Below, in pieces: positions 50,205-59,678 of a stretch of DNA of 64,000 nt. The DNA is taken from NCBI GenBank assembly GCA_035946335.1, contig DASYZL010000004.1, positions 23,896 to 87,895 of the forward strand, in the 5' to 3' direction. Positions within the stretch are counted from its first letter, which is position 1. The number at the start of each line of letters is the position of its first letter. Source of the stretch: Patescibacteria group bacterium (GTDB taxonomy: Bacteria > Patescibacteriota > Microgenomatia > Levybacterales > UBA12049). A program made the position numbers and the translations under genes. The notes under the pieces are model-generated. The model saw only the letters and a list, made by a program, of their open reading frames with translations. It did no database searches and was not told where the DNA came from.

Positions 50205-51460
50205 ATTTTCATAAAGAAGCGGACAACCGCTAATGAACCGACAATAATTCCCAGAATTATTAAAACAGAAGAAGTTCCGAATACATCAGCAACTGGACCA
50301 ATAACTAGAATGGGAATGAGCGCAATAAGGGACGTAAGCGAATTAAGTGCACCGTATGTTTTTCCCCGGATCTCCTCTGTCGTCTCTTCTTGGAGAATTG
50401 TATTTGAGGGAACAAAAATAAGCGCATTTGCAAACCCAAGCATCAACGCAACTACAATCATAATATGGAGTATTGTTATTTGCAAAATATGAGGCACATA
50501 GGCATTAATTACCTGCGTAAACTGTTGAGAAGCAACGATTGCACCGTACGGCATGAGAAACAGTGCAATTGCGCTAATCAGAAGTCCTGTTGCGCCAATT
50601 TTTTGCTTACTCCAGGATAAAGAGATGCGCGAGATAAGAAGCGTCCCTATGCCAAGCCCGATAATGGCAGGCGTTACAAAGAGAAGTGGAAATTCATTGA
50701 CGGGAATATGCAGGATGTTTTTTGCATACCCCGGACCGATTGCCGCAATGAGTAAAATAAGTGTTTGGGAAATTATGAGGAGCGAAAAAGCATGAAACAC
50801 TTTTGGGAATTTAATAATAAGGCGCAATGTTCCTTTCACTTCCTGAAGAATTGAAGTGACATTTTTTTTTGCTGTTGGTGTAGCCTTTTCCGGAAGATGA
50901 ATGAGTGAAATGAAAAAACTTGATAATAAGAAACATCCTGCTAGCACAAAAAAGCCATTTTTTACCCCAAGAAGAAGCAAAAGAGGCCCTGCGAGTGCGT
51001 AAGCAACAAAAATAGAACCAAATAAGGCAATACCAAATAATGCATTCGCTGAAAGGAGCAATGACTTTTCAACAATCACCGGTATCATAGGCGTTTCGGC
51101 AGGAATAAAAAATTGCGTTACAACGGAAACGAGAAAGGTAACTATATATAAGACGAAAAGATTGCTGTGAAAAAGCGCAAGGAGGAGAAGCAAAAGTGCC
51201 CGAATACTATTTGTCAAAAAGAGAACCCGTTTTTTATCCCACCGGTCAACATATGCTCCTGCAATAACAGCAAAAAGAATTGCTGGAGTGGTAAACGCCA
51301 ACACAATCCCTGAAACAGCAGTGTTTGAAGAAGTCAAAGAGAAAACCGAAAGCAGTACCATAAAGTTCATCATGTTCATGCCGATTTGCGAGAAAACCTC
51401 AGCGAGAAAGAGGAAAAAAAATGACCTGATTCGCAGGGCTTTAACAAAGTAATTATTCAT
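50201..51460 (-). CDS. MFS transporter
   Basis: 12-TM topology with the DRWDKKRV motif in loop 2-3. Confidence 0.8.
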   Translation of the reverse strand: MNNYFVKALRIRSFFFLFLAEVFSQIGMNMMNFMVLLSVFSLTSSNTAVSGIVLAFTTPAILFAVIAGAYVDRWDKKRVLFLTNSIRALLLLLLALFHSNLFVLYIVTFLVSVVTQFFIPAETPMIPVIVEKSLLLSANALFGIALFGSIFVAYALAGPLLLLLGVKNGFFVLAGCFLLSSFFISLIHLPEKATPTAKKNVTSILQEVKGTLRLIIKFPKVFHAFSLLIISQTLILLIAAIGPGYAKNILHIPVNEFPLLFVTPAIIGLGIGTLLISRISLSWSKQKIGATGLLISAIALFLMPYGAIVASQQFTQVINAYVPHILQITILHIMIVVALMLGFANALIFVPSNTILQEETTEEIRGKTYGALNSLTSLIALIPILVIGPVADVFGTSSVLIILGIIVGSLAVVRFFMKI

Positions 51461-51471
51461 GGATGGACAGC

Positions 51472-52026
51472 CTATGCTCGTTCTGTGTATGCACCACTGC
51501 GGGTATCGACACGCACTTTATCGCCGACATTGATAAAAAGTGGCACTTTTATACTCAATCCATTTTCCAACTCCGCATCCTTAAAAACGTTTGAAGCTGA
51601 ATTCCCCTTAACGCCAGGCGCTGTGTCAGTAACCCTTAATATTGCCTTTGGCGGTACAACAACAGAGAGCGCTTCTGTTTCGTTAAATGAAACAGAATAA
51701 ACTTCCCCTTCTTTGAGAAATGCATGTTCCGGCAGTATGGAAAGCGGGATTTCTGTTTGCTCAAAAGTCTGTGGATTCATAAAATATGCAGACACATCAT
51801 TCTTATAAAGATATTGCATTTCTTTCTTGAGCACCTGTACATCCTGTACTTTTGCGCCATTGATAAAACTCTTTTCCGTTACAGAACCTGTACGCAAATT
51901 CCGTATCTTTACCTTAATATTGGCGCTTCCCCGACCCACTTTGATGTGCTCAAATGATATAACCTGCAGCAAATTGCCACTATCCACATAGATGACTCCT
52001 GCGCGTAAATCATTTACTGAAATCAT
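51472..52026 (-). CDS. efp: Elongation factor P
   Basis: KGNSASNVFKDAELENGLSIKVPLFINVGDKVRVDTRSGAYTERA; the modification loop reads VGRGSA (Arg at the Lys34-equivalent position). Confidence 0.9.
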   Translation of the reverse strand: MISVNDLRAGVIYVDSGNLLQVISFEHIKVGRGSANIKVKIRNLRTGSVTEKSFINGAKVQDVQVLKKEMQYLYKNDVSAYFMNPQTFEQTEIPLSILPEHAFLKEGEVYSVSFNETEALSVVVPPKAILRVTDTAPGVKGNSASNVFKDAELENGLSIKVPLFINVGDKVRVDTRSGAYTERA

Positions 52027-52065
52027 GAAGGTATTGTAGCAGTTTTCTGAATCATTTTCAAAAAT

Positions 52066-53670
52066 TTAGGACTTTTTTGCAGTTTTACTCAAGGATACAA
52101 TATGCGGCGTTTTCTTTTTTTCTTCATTAATAGCATAGAACTGTACGTCTTTCATCCCCACCCACGGTGCATGCGTTATCTCATCAGAAGCCCAATTGAT
52201 TGTTGGCAGCTGATTATTCGCAATACCAATAATGCGCTGTATCATTTCTCCCAAATTATCTTCTATACGAAGTGTATTTGGGAGAATTGGCTGATCCAAT
52301 TTTCCGTTTTTGATAGTAAAGCAATCTGCAATTGCTGTTCCGGAAATAATCCCTGATGCATATCCGCCAATCGGATAGGTATACCATAAGCGTCCGATAA
52401 AAATGCCATCTCTCACTTCTTTAAGTAACTCATCCGGAGTAACAGATTGTGAGGATTCAATTACCAAATTGGTTGCATACACGCCTACTGCTGAAGCGGC
52501 AACTCTCCCGCCACCTCTGGCAAAACGAAACCCGTTTTGCGGATTGATTGCGTTACGTATTTCATGGGGATCAACCCCAAGGACTTCTTTTCCATGCTTT
52601 TTGTTTTGTAAGATTTTATTCATCGTACGATAGTCAGTCATATACCCGACAAGCCTACCGTGATCAATAAGCGCTGTTTTTCCTGTGGGGTAACCTTCAC
52701 AGGTTATCCGCTTGCTTCCTGCTCCACCGGGAAGCGTTGCATCATCATAGAGCGTCAATAATTCGGAAGCAACTTTCTGTCCATATTTTTTCGCAAACAT
52801 CGAAGCACCTAAATCCACCATTCCCAAGTTCATATGTGGTGCAAGTAAACTGCCGAATAGTTCCGTGATAGCCTGGTGTCCAAAAACAACATTATATTTT
52901 CCGCTGGAAGTTCGTATGCCACCAACTTCATCAATTGCAGCAAGTGCAGCATGTTTCCCGATATCGTAAGCTGAGAAATCATCATCTATATGGACGTGTG
53001 CTCCCCACGCGGAACCTTTGGCATTATCTTTCTCAAGCATTGCTGTTAAAAATGACAGCACAAGTGCTGTTTCATCGCTATCAACAATACCGTTTGTTGT
53101 TGCAAGCGCCATTCGTTCTTTGATGATAAAATTATCTCCGTTGAGAATAAAAGCAAGCTGTTTAGGTGTTTGTTTTTTCTCCTTTGCATAAGCACTCAGC
53201 GCATCAACGGCCCCTGCAATTGTATCCCAACTCAGTTGTACCAATAACTCTGTTTCTTCCCCAGAAGTAAGGGAAAGAAGTTTTTGTTTTTTGTTGTCTG
53301 TTTTATTTTTCATTTTCGGTAACTCATGCTTTTTTAAAAATCCACCAAATTCCGTATCTTCCACTGCATCACGTTTCGCTTTGACAATTGCACGTTTAAC
53401 TGCAGAAATAGACATATCATTCGGTTCGTGTCCCATCCCAATAAGTTTCTTTCCGTTCTTTTTAAACCATATTTCAACATTTACACCATAGTCAACATCA
53501 GATTTTGGTTCTTCCAAACCGGTCGAAGGTATATGTGTTGTATAGTAAATACGCCCGATGGTACGTTCATTTGAAGATGCATAGACAACACCTTCAAGTA
53601 ATCCTTTTTCTTTTTTGAGAAGCTTTAATCCTTCCTGTGTGATGTTTTGTAGTGTTTTTGCGTCAATCAT
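52066..53670 (-). CDS. pmbA: PmbA/TldE-family metalloprotease-like protein
   Basis: TldD/PmbA fold with a C-terminal GGYASGIISG region; paired with tldD. Confidence 0.8.
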   Translation of the reverse strand: MIDAKTLQNITQEGLKLLKKEKGLLEGVVYASSNERTIGRIYYTTHIPSTGLEEPKSDVDYGVNVEIWFKKNGKKLIGMGHEPNDMSISAVKRAIVKAKRDAVEDTEFGGFLKKHELPKMKNKTDNKKQKLLSLTSGEETELLVQLSWDTIAGAVDALSAYAKEKKQTPKQLAFILNGDNFIIKERMALATTNGIVDSDETALVLSFLTAMLEKDNAKGSAWGAHVHIDDDFSAYDIGKHAALAAIDEVGGIRTSSGKYNVVFGHQAITELFGSLLAPHMNLGMVDLGASMFAKKYGQKVASELLTLYDDATLPGGAGSKRITCEGYPTGKTALIDHGRLVGYMTDYRTMNKILQNKKHGKEVLGVDPHEIRNAINPQNGFRFARGGGRVAASAVGVYATNLVIESSQSVTPDELLKEVRDGIFIGRLWYTYPIGGYASGIISGTAIADCFTIKNGKLDQPILPNTLRIEDNLGEMIQRIIGIANNQLPTINWASDEITHAPWVGMKDVQFYAINEEKKKTPHIVSLSKTAKKS

Positions 53671-53671
53671 A

Positions 53672-55234
53672 TTAATTTCCTTTTGCTATTCTTGCCCGTG
53701 CCCGTGCCGTCGGACCGCCATTTCCTACTTGTTTTGCTTGCATCGGTTGCCCTTTTCCGCAATTGGGAATTGGGAAAATATTGAAATCATTCCCCAGTGC
53801 ATCTATTGACATAAAAAAATCTTTTGAATCGGCAGTAATACGTCCATTACGGTACACCTGTCCTACCTGTCCGTTTTTTATTTCATAGATAAGTCGTGGC
53901 GCGATCTGAAAATTTTCTCTTGATTCGGAAATGGATGGAATTCTATGTCCTACCGCGTAGTATCCATTCGTAACTTCCGAAATAATTTTTTTCGGGTCTG
54001 TTTTGCCCGGCGCAATGGCAGACTGGGACATACGGATAAGCGGAACAACTGATGCATCATTCGCTTTATAGTGTCCGTTTGGCTCTTTCCCGATAGTTAC
54101 TGCTGTTTGACGACTATTCATAAAGTCATGATATATGCCATCCTTAATATGGTATACACGCTTGGCCTGTGTCCCTTCATCATCAAATGCATAGTGTCCG
54201 TATCCGCCTTTTAACGTCGGGTCTGAAAATGCAGTAAGGAGTTTTGAACCAACCTGCTTACCCACCATATTATCTTGTAAATCTTTGAAAAACCATGAAC
54301 GTCCTGCATACCCGGTTTCCATCTTTAACGCACGATCTAACTCTGAGGGATGGCCAATAATTTCGTGAGCGAAGAGTGCAACTAAATCAGGGTCCAGTAC
54401 AACAGTCACTGCTTTATCTGTAGCCGGAGCTGGTTTCGCATTACAGAGTTGCACTGTTTCGTCTGCAATATGTCTGGAAAACTGTTCAAACGTCTGTTCA
54501 TGAGAGTTTTTCCCCTCAGTGAGTGCTTCAAAGCCAAGCTGATTTCCTGTATGGTGATACAAATCAATAACTTCACCAGAATCGTTGACAGAAACAAGAA
54601 AAATTGTTCCACCGCTTGAACAATACGATTGATCAATGCATGTTCCTTCTGAAGACACAAATAACTGTCTGGTAATTGAAGAATTCAAGACAACTTCAAC
54701 CCGTTTGACAAAGGAGTGATAGTTTTTTGCCTGAATAGCACATTGCATAGCATAATCAGTAATCTGCTTTGGTGATACATTTCGCGGATCAATGGCAAAT
54801 TCGGCTTCGATAGTTGCTTGATTGATATTGATAGGAGCAAGCGTCAACGCGCTAAGTGTTTTGGAAAAATCTTTATAGTTATTAATAAATACTTCTTTCT
54901 GCTTTGCATTTTCCAGTGCCCGCGTACGTGCAATTGTAATTGCTTCTTGTAAAACCTGGGTAAAGTTTTGAAAATCGATAATCCCCAACTGCCTGCCGTA
55001 AAATCCATTTGCTGCAAACCGGCTTCCCCCGATAACACGGACACCCATAGAAACATACCAGTCTTTGCTTGTCTGACGGGGATTGGAATCTTCTACATAC
55101 GCACCAACTCCCTCAGTTGCCTCTAACCGTACGTCAACATATTGTGTATCTGGTAGCTTGCCGGATTCTATGAGAATATGAGCGGCAGTATCTTTGATTT
55201 TATCAATATCGGTAATATGGAGCATGTCTATCAT
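53672..55234 (-). CDS. tldD: Metalloprotease TldD
   Basis: HEIIGHPSE HExxxH motif; start set at Met 55234 because the ORF-track N-terminal extension (to 55378) overlaps the tRNA-Leu gene. Confidence 0.9.
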   Translation of the reverse strand: MIDMLHITDIDKIKDTAAHILIESGKLPDTQYVDVRLEATEGVGAYVEDSNPRQTSKDWYVSMGVRVIGGSRFAANGFYGRQLGIIDFQNFTQVLQEAITIARTRALENAKQKEVFINNYKDFSKTLSALTLAPININQATIEAEFAIDPRNVSPKQITDYAMQCAIQAKNYHSFVKRVEVVLNSSITRQLFVSSEGTCIDQSYCSSGGTIFLVSVNDSGEVIDLYHHTGNQLGFEALTEGKNSHEQTFEQFSRHIADETVQLCNAKPAPATDKAVTVVLDPDLVALFAHEIIGHPSELDRALKMETGYAGRSWFFKDLQDNMVGKQVGSKLLTAFSDPTLKGGYGHYAFDDEGTQAKRVYHIKDGIYHDFMNSRQTAVTIGKEPNGHYKANDASVVPLIRMSQSAIAPGKTDPKKIISEVTNGYYAVGHRIPSISESRENFQIAPRLIYEIKNGQVGQVYRNGRITADSKDFFMSIDALGNDFNIFPIPNCGKGQPMQAKQVGNGGPTARARARIAKGN

Positions 55235-55342
55235 GTCGTTACAAAATATCAAATTAACATCAAGAATACAAGCAGTTTCCTTGAAAGGACTACGATTAAT
55301 AGTATATACTACAAACGCGATAATTAACCTGAAAATTTTCAT

Positions 55343-55427
55343 GCCGAAGTGGTGGAATGGCAGACACGAAGGTCTCAAAAACCTTTGGATGTAATAGTCC
55401 GTGAGGGTTCGACTCCCTCTTTCGGCA
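55343..55427 (+). tRNA. tRNA-Leu (anticodon CAA)
   Basis: Acceptor stem GCCGAAG/TTTCGGC (one G-U pair), anticodon stem AAGGT/ACCTT with loop CTCAAAA, long variable arm, T-arm GAGGG-TTCGACT-CCCTC, discriminator A; CCA not encoded. Confidence 0.85.
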
Positions 55428-55655
55428 CAAAGAGTTTGAGTTGCTCCAAGTTCCTCATTTTAATAAAAACCTGAACTGAAAGAAGTAAAATGTTTTAAAA
55501 AAGACAACAAACGAAAGGACTAAAAATAAAATATGAAATAGTCACGATAAGGAATATTAAGGTTTTATTTATATGAAGAACCTTTTAGATAATATACCTT
55601 CCTAATCCTCGCCTTTCGGTTTGGATTAGGAAACTAAGTAATTTCTCGAAAATCT

Positions 55656-56000
55656 TTACAGTTTTTCGTCCATTTCTTCTAACTTTTTTTCAACTTTTTG
55701 TACCTCAGCCATGATATCGTCATCCGTTGCCGGATGAGTTGGCATAGTTGATTGCATATCCATAGGCTGTTGTGGCATTGCTGTTGCTGCCATCGGGTCA
55801 ACTGGTTCAGGCGTTGCGGTTGACGGCGTGGATGGCATCACTGGTGATTGCGGTTCAACTGGTACTGATGGCATCTGTGGCGTAACCGGTTGATCCGCAG
55901 GAACAGCAGGCATTTGTGGCATATCCGGCATTTGCACTGGTACTACAGGCTGCACTGGTGCTGCTGGTTGTGTATTTTGATTTTGTGTTTGATCGTCCAT
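55656..56000 (-). CDS. Small Pro/Gln/Met-rich low-complexity protein with C-terminal acidic helix
   Basis: 114-aa ORF (PVQPVVPVQMPDMPQMPAVPADQPVTPQMP...) ending in EVQKVEKKLEEMDEKL; GC-rich relative to its surroundings. Confidence 0.45.
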   Translation of the reverse strand: MDDQTQNQNTQPAAPVQPVVPVQMPDMPQMPAVPADQPVTPQMPSVPVEPQSPVMPSTPSTATPEPVDPMAATAMPQQPMDMQSTMPTHPATDDDIMAEVQKVEKKLEEMDEKL

Positions 56001-56033
56001 GTATAATCACCTCCTTACCTTTTTTATTTCTTT

Positions 56034-56405
56034 CTACTTCATCGGACTTGCCAATTGAAAATAGTTTCCGTCCGGATCGGCAAACGTTGCAAGTAGCATA
56101 TCTTTTGCCTCTCCCGGATGATACGGTTTTGCAATAACGGTTGCTCCTAGTTTTTTTATTCTGGAAAATTCACCTTCAACATCATTGGCCTCAAAGTTCA
56201 ATAATAATCTTTGTGGATGAGTATTTTTTCCATGAACTTCACTATGTGGACCAATGATAAAATGGGATACTCCTACTTGAAATCCTGTATATCCACCTTC
56301 TGACCATTCTGGTTCCTTCTCAAAAACATTTTTATAAAATTTTACCAGCTCCTCAGAACTTTCAGAAAACAGAATGATTGAGTTAAGATTTAACATATAT
56401 TTCAC
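56034..56405 (-). CDS. VOC/glyoxalase-family protein
   Basis: Paired beta-alpha-beta-beta-beta module with metal-ligand-like His/Glu (HFIIGPHSEVHG...). Confidence 0.7.
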   Translation of the reverse strand: MKYMLNLNSIILFSESSEELVKFYKNVFEKEPEWSEGGYTGFQVGVSHFIIGPHSEVHGKNTHPQRLLLNFEANDVEGEFSRIKKLGATVIAKPYHPGEAKDMLLATFADPDGNYFQLASPMK

Positions 56406-56466
56406 CTCCCTGTCATTACTAAAACATTACTATACTCATAACCTCTTTTGCAAGTACGAGATACAT

Positions 56467-57813
56467 TTATGCTGTAGTATGAATTTTTTCGACATTATAA
56501 AATCGTATCCTATCTCCTCTGAAAAGTAAATCGATTTCTCCTGTTGGACCATTGCGGTGTTTTGCAATAAAAAGTTTCATGGGAATTGTCGTTCCGGTTG
56601 TTTCATCATCTTTTTTGTATAAAAAGAAGACAACGTCTGCATCCTGTTCTATTGCGCCTGATTCACGTAAATCCGCAAGTTGCGGTTTTCTCTCTCCACG
56701 ATGTTCAATAGCACGGGAAAGTTGTGACAATGCAATAACCGGAATTTTTAATTCACGCGCAAGATTTTTTAATGACTGTGATACATACGACACTTCCTGT
56801 ACGCGGTTATCAAGTTTTTTACCGGGATTAACAAGCTGCAGATAATCAACAATCAAAAGCCCGATATGATGTTCAAGTTGTAATCGCCGGGCTTTGGTGC
56901 GCATTTCAGAAATCGTAATACCCGGCGTATCATCGATAAAAATAGGCGCATCGGCGAGTTGCCCCATTGCCTCGGAGAGTCGTGCAAAATCATCTTCTGA
57001 CAATCTTCCTGTTTTTAACTTCCAGGCATCTATGTCGGATTGCCCAACTAATAATCTGTCAACAAGCTCTTCCTGACTCATTTCAAGAGAAAAAATACCG
57101 ATTGGGACTTTTGTGTTGATGCTGACAAATTGCGCAATGTTCATTGCCATTGCTGTTTTTCCTGTTCCCGGGCGAGCTGCAAGAATAAGTAAGTTAGATG
57201 ACTGCATACCGGAAAGCATCGTATCAAGATCCGTAAAACCAGATTGAACCCCGCGAAGCCCCGCTCCTGACTTATGAAGCTCATCTATTCTATCAAAGCT
57301 TCCCGCAAGGAGTTGCCGGATGGGAAGAAATCCTTTGACAAGATTGCCTTGGGAAATAGCAAACACTGATGACTCTGCTTTTTCCAGAATCTCTTGGACC
57401 TCTTTGTCGTCTGAAAAACATAACGATGTAACATCTGATCCGATTTGAATAAGCGAACGCTTTATTGAAGCGTCTTTGATGAGGCGCGCATAGTGTTCAA
57501 CGTGCGCAGCTGTAGGCACAGTATTTACCAAGTCAGTAACGTATGACGTTTCAACTATTTTTGAGGATTTATTTTGCTTTGCAATTTTTTTTAGTTGCGC
57601 ACTTAAGGTAACAACATCAATTGGACTTCGCTGTTCATAGAGCTGCAACATCGCATGGAAAATTGTTTTATTGATTCCGTCGTAAAAATCTTCTGCGCTT
57701 AAAATTTCTGATGCAATGTTCATCGCATCTTTGTCAAGTAGTATCGCTCCCAAAACGCTCTGCTCTGCTTCTGTGTTTGATGGAGGAACTTTTGGATTTG
57801 CCATAATTACCAA
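56467..57813 (-). CDS. dnaB: Replicative DNA helicase DnaB
   Basis: NTEAEQSVLGAILLD N-terminal domain, Walker A ARPGTGKTA, RecA-like core. Confidence 0.95.
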   Translation of the reverse strand: MVIMANPKVPPSNTEAEQSVLGAILLDKDAMNIASEILSAEDFYDGINKTIFHAMLQLYEQRSPIDVVTLSAQLKKIAKQNKSSKIVETSYVTDLVNTVPTAAHVEHYARLIKDASIKRSLIQIGSDVTSLCFSDDKEVQEILEKAESSVFAISQGNLVKGFLPIRQLLAGSFDRIDELHKSGAGLRGVQSGFTDLDTMLSGMQSSNLLILAARPGTGKTAMAMNIAQFVSINTKVPIGIFSLEMSQEELVDRLLVGQSDIDAWKLKTGRLSEDDFARLSEAMGQLADAPIFIDDTPGITISEMRTKARRLQLEHHIGLLIVDYLQLVNPGKKLDNRVQEVSYVSQSLKNLARELKIPVIALSQLSRAIEHRGERKPQLADLRESGAIEQDADVVFFLYKKDDETTGTTIPMKLFIAKHRNGPTGEIDLLFRGDRIRFYNVEKIHTTA

Positions 57814-57830
57814 TCTACCGTGAAGAAATA

Positions 57831-58340
57831 TTATCCCAGTAATAGCATACCTGTTTCCGCAGGCAATTTGTCTTTTGTGATGATATATTTTGTAGCAGTC
57901 GCAACTTCTTTTCCAAAATCTGTCACACTTTGCTTCGCATGTAACCCGAAGAAAATGCCAAGGCGCGCATTAAACGCAGCAAATACCTCCTGATTCACGG
58001 GTGCGTCTGCATCAATAATTGCCACATCGACATCGCGCGCATCTTTCTCGTTTATTGCACTCGATTTTGCAACAAGCACTATCATAGCATCCACCACAAG
58101 GTAAAATACTGTTTTTTTATTGTTTTGTACTGCATTGATTTTAACTGCTGAAATTTCATATTCTCCTGGTCCTTGCACGGTTATTCGAGATTCTTCAATT
58201 CTCTCCGGTTTTTGCGAATCGTCAAGGACGATGACCGCATCTGCTTGCTGCTTCCCTTTTATATCCTGTGGGTCAATAATAAAAACTGCCTGTTTATTTT
58301 TAATTTTTATACTTTGTGGAGAAAGCAGCGCGATTTCCAT
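57831..58340 (-). CDS. Hypothetical protein
   Basis: 169-aa ORF immediately upstream of dnaB on the same strand; no recognised motif. Confidence 0.5.
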   Translation of the reverse strand: MEIALLSPQSIKIKNKQAVFIIDPQDIKGKQQADAVIVLDDSQKPERIEESRITVQGPGEYEISAVKINAVQNNKKTVFYLVVDAMIVLVAKSSAINEKDARDVDVAIIDADAPVNQEVFAAFNARLGIFFGLHAKQSVTDFGKEVATATKYIITKDKLPAETGMLLLG

Positions 58341-58453
58341 TTTTTCATCCTAACAAAGTGAGTTTCATTTGACAAGAGGATAGTTTTCTCGTATCATGAT
58401 TTGTACTTTCCTGCTCATTTATCTTTTTTCCAAGATTCTGTTAACCGTGACAT

Positions 58454-58882
58454 ATGAAAATAGAAAAATTACTCCTTTCTTTCTTTGCTGTGCTCATTGG
58501 ACTTATCGTTGCAGGAGTAGCATTCTATTTTTATCAAACTACAAAAGTTATTCCGCCGAATAATGTTGCAAAAACAATTCAAATGAATCCTTCTCCATCC
58601 CCAACGCCTGTATCCGTTTATTTAAACGTTGATACACCACAGGATGAGTCAGTTACCGCGAATCCGACAATTACCATTCATGGAAAAACAATGCCAAATG
58701 CAACTGTTATTATTAACGCACTATCCGAGGACAAGGTTATTCTGGCAACATCCATGGGAGATTTCTCAACTACAACAACGCTTGGTGATGGCGAAAATCA
58801 AATTTCTATCACGTCAGTTGCACCAGACGGCAGTGAGTCACAAAAAATCCTGACAGTTACCTATTCAACACAAGATTTTTAA
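58454..58882 (+). CDS. Membrane-anchored secreted protein of unknown function
   Basis: N-terminal TM/signal anchor followed by a Ser/Thr/Pro-rich linker and a beta-rich domain. Confidence 0.5.
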   Translation: MKIEKLLLSFFAVLIGLIVAGVAFYFYQTTKVIPPNNVAKTIQMNPSPSPTPVSVYLNVDTPQDESVTANPTITIHGKTMPNATVIINALSEDKVILATSMGDFSTTTTLGDGENQISITSVAPDGSESQKILTVTYSTQDF

Positions 58883-58883
58883 T

Positions 58884-59654
58884 ATGAAAAAAATACTTTT
58901 TCTTTTTGCATTGCTTTCGACGGGTTTCTTACTTTTGCAGCATGCCGTTCGCGCAGCAACAGCGGTAACACCAACAACAGATATCAGCCAGCAGCAGATT
59001 TATCAGGAATTACAAAGTAAAATTGCTTCTCAAGTCGCAAAAATGCACTTGACCGAGAAAAAAGGAGTTATCGGCATGGTCAATGACGTAAATGAAAGTC
59101 AAATCACGCTGTCGGACAATAAAGGCAATATCCGTTTCATTGATGTTGATGAATTGACAAAATTTGCTTCTCCAAGTGCAACCAGCTTTGGGCTTTCTGA
59201 TATTACAAAAGGGAGCACAATCGGTGTTTTGGGTTTATATAACAAAGAGTCACGCCGTATTTTGGCAAGATTTGTTGATGGATTGATTCAATCGTTATCA
59301 TTCAACGGCATTGTTGTCGGTATTGACCGGACAAATTACAATATTAAGGTTGAAACAAATGACAACAATGAGGTGACCATTGAAATTGAAGATACAACAA
59401 AAACAGCTTCATATACATCTGACGGAGGGCTTGTAAAATCAGGATTTTCAAAAGTCAATACAGGAGAACGAATTACGGTAACAGGCTATGACAATAATGC
59501 AAGTAAAGATGATATTATTGCCTCCCGCCTTCTTATTTTCCCTAATCTTCCCGCTAACCCTGCGATTGACGCGAAAAAATTCGGATCATTTGACCAAACG
59601 CAAATCACTCCTTCTACCGGAAGCGGTGTAAAACTTGTCCCCATTGTAAAATAA
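58884..59654 (+). CDS. Secreted protein of unknown function
   Basis: Cleavable signal peptide (LLQHAVRA|ATA); repetitive beta-rich domains. Confidence 0.55.
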   Translation: MKKILFLFALLSTGFLLLQHAVRAATAVTPTTDISQQQIYQELQSKIASQVAKMHLTEKKGVIGMVNDVNESQITLSDNKGNIRFIDVDELTKFASPSATSFGLSDITKGSTIGVLGLYNKESRRILARFVDGLIQSLSFNGIVVGIDRTNYNIKVETNDNNEVTIEIEDTTKTASYTSDGGLVKSGFSKVNTGERITVTGYDNNASKDDIIASRLLIFPNLPANPAIDAKKFGSFDQTQITPSTGSGVKLVPIVK

Positions 59655-59678
59655 GCTTCTCTTGTCTATGATAGATAT

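Noticed and set aside
55235-55378. 48-codon N-terminal extension of tldD
   Set aside because: Overlaps a well-formed tRNA-Leu on the opposite strand; TldD homology begins at the internal Met.
55343-55655. Integrated mobile element at the tRNA-Leu 3' end
   Set aside because: No integrase, direct-repeat att duplication or phage-like genes flank the tRNA; the neighbouring genes (tldD, VOC, dnaB) are housekeeping.
57831-58340. ORF upstream of dnaB considered as ribosomal protein L9 (the usual rplI-dnaB synteny)
   Set aside because: The N-terminus (MEIALLSPQSIKIKNKQAVF...) does not match the L9 N-domain consensus; left as hypothetical.
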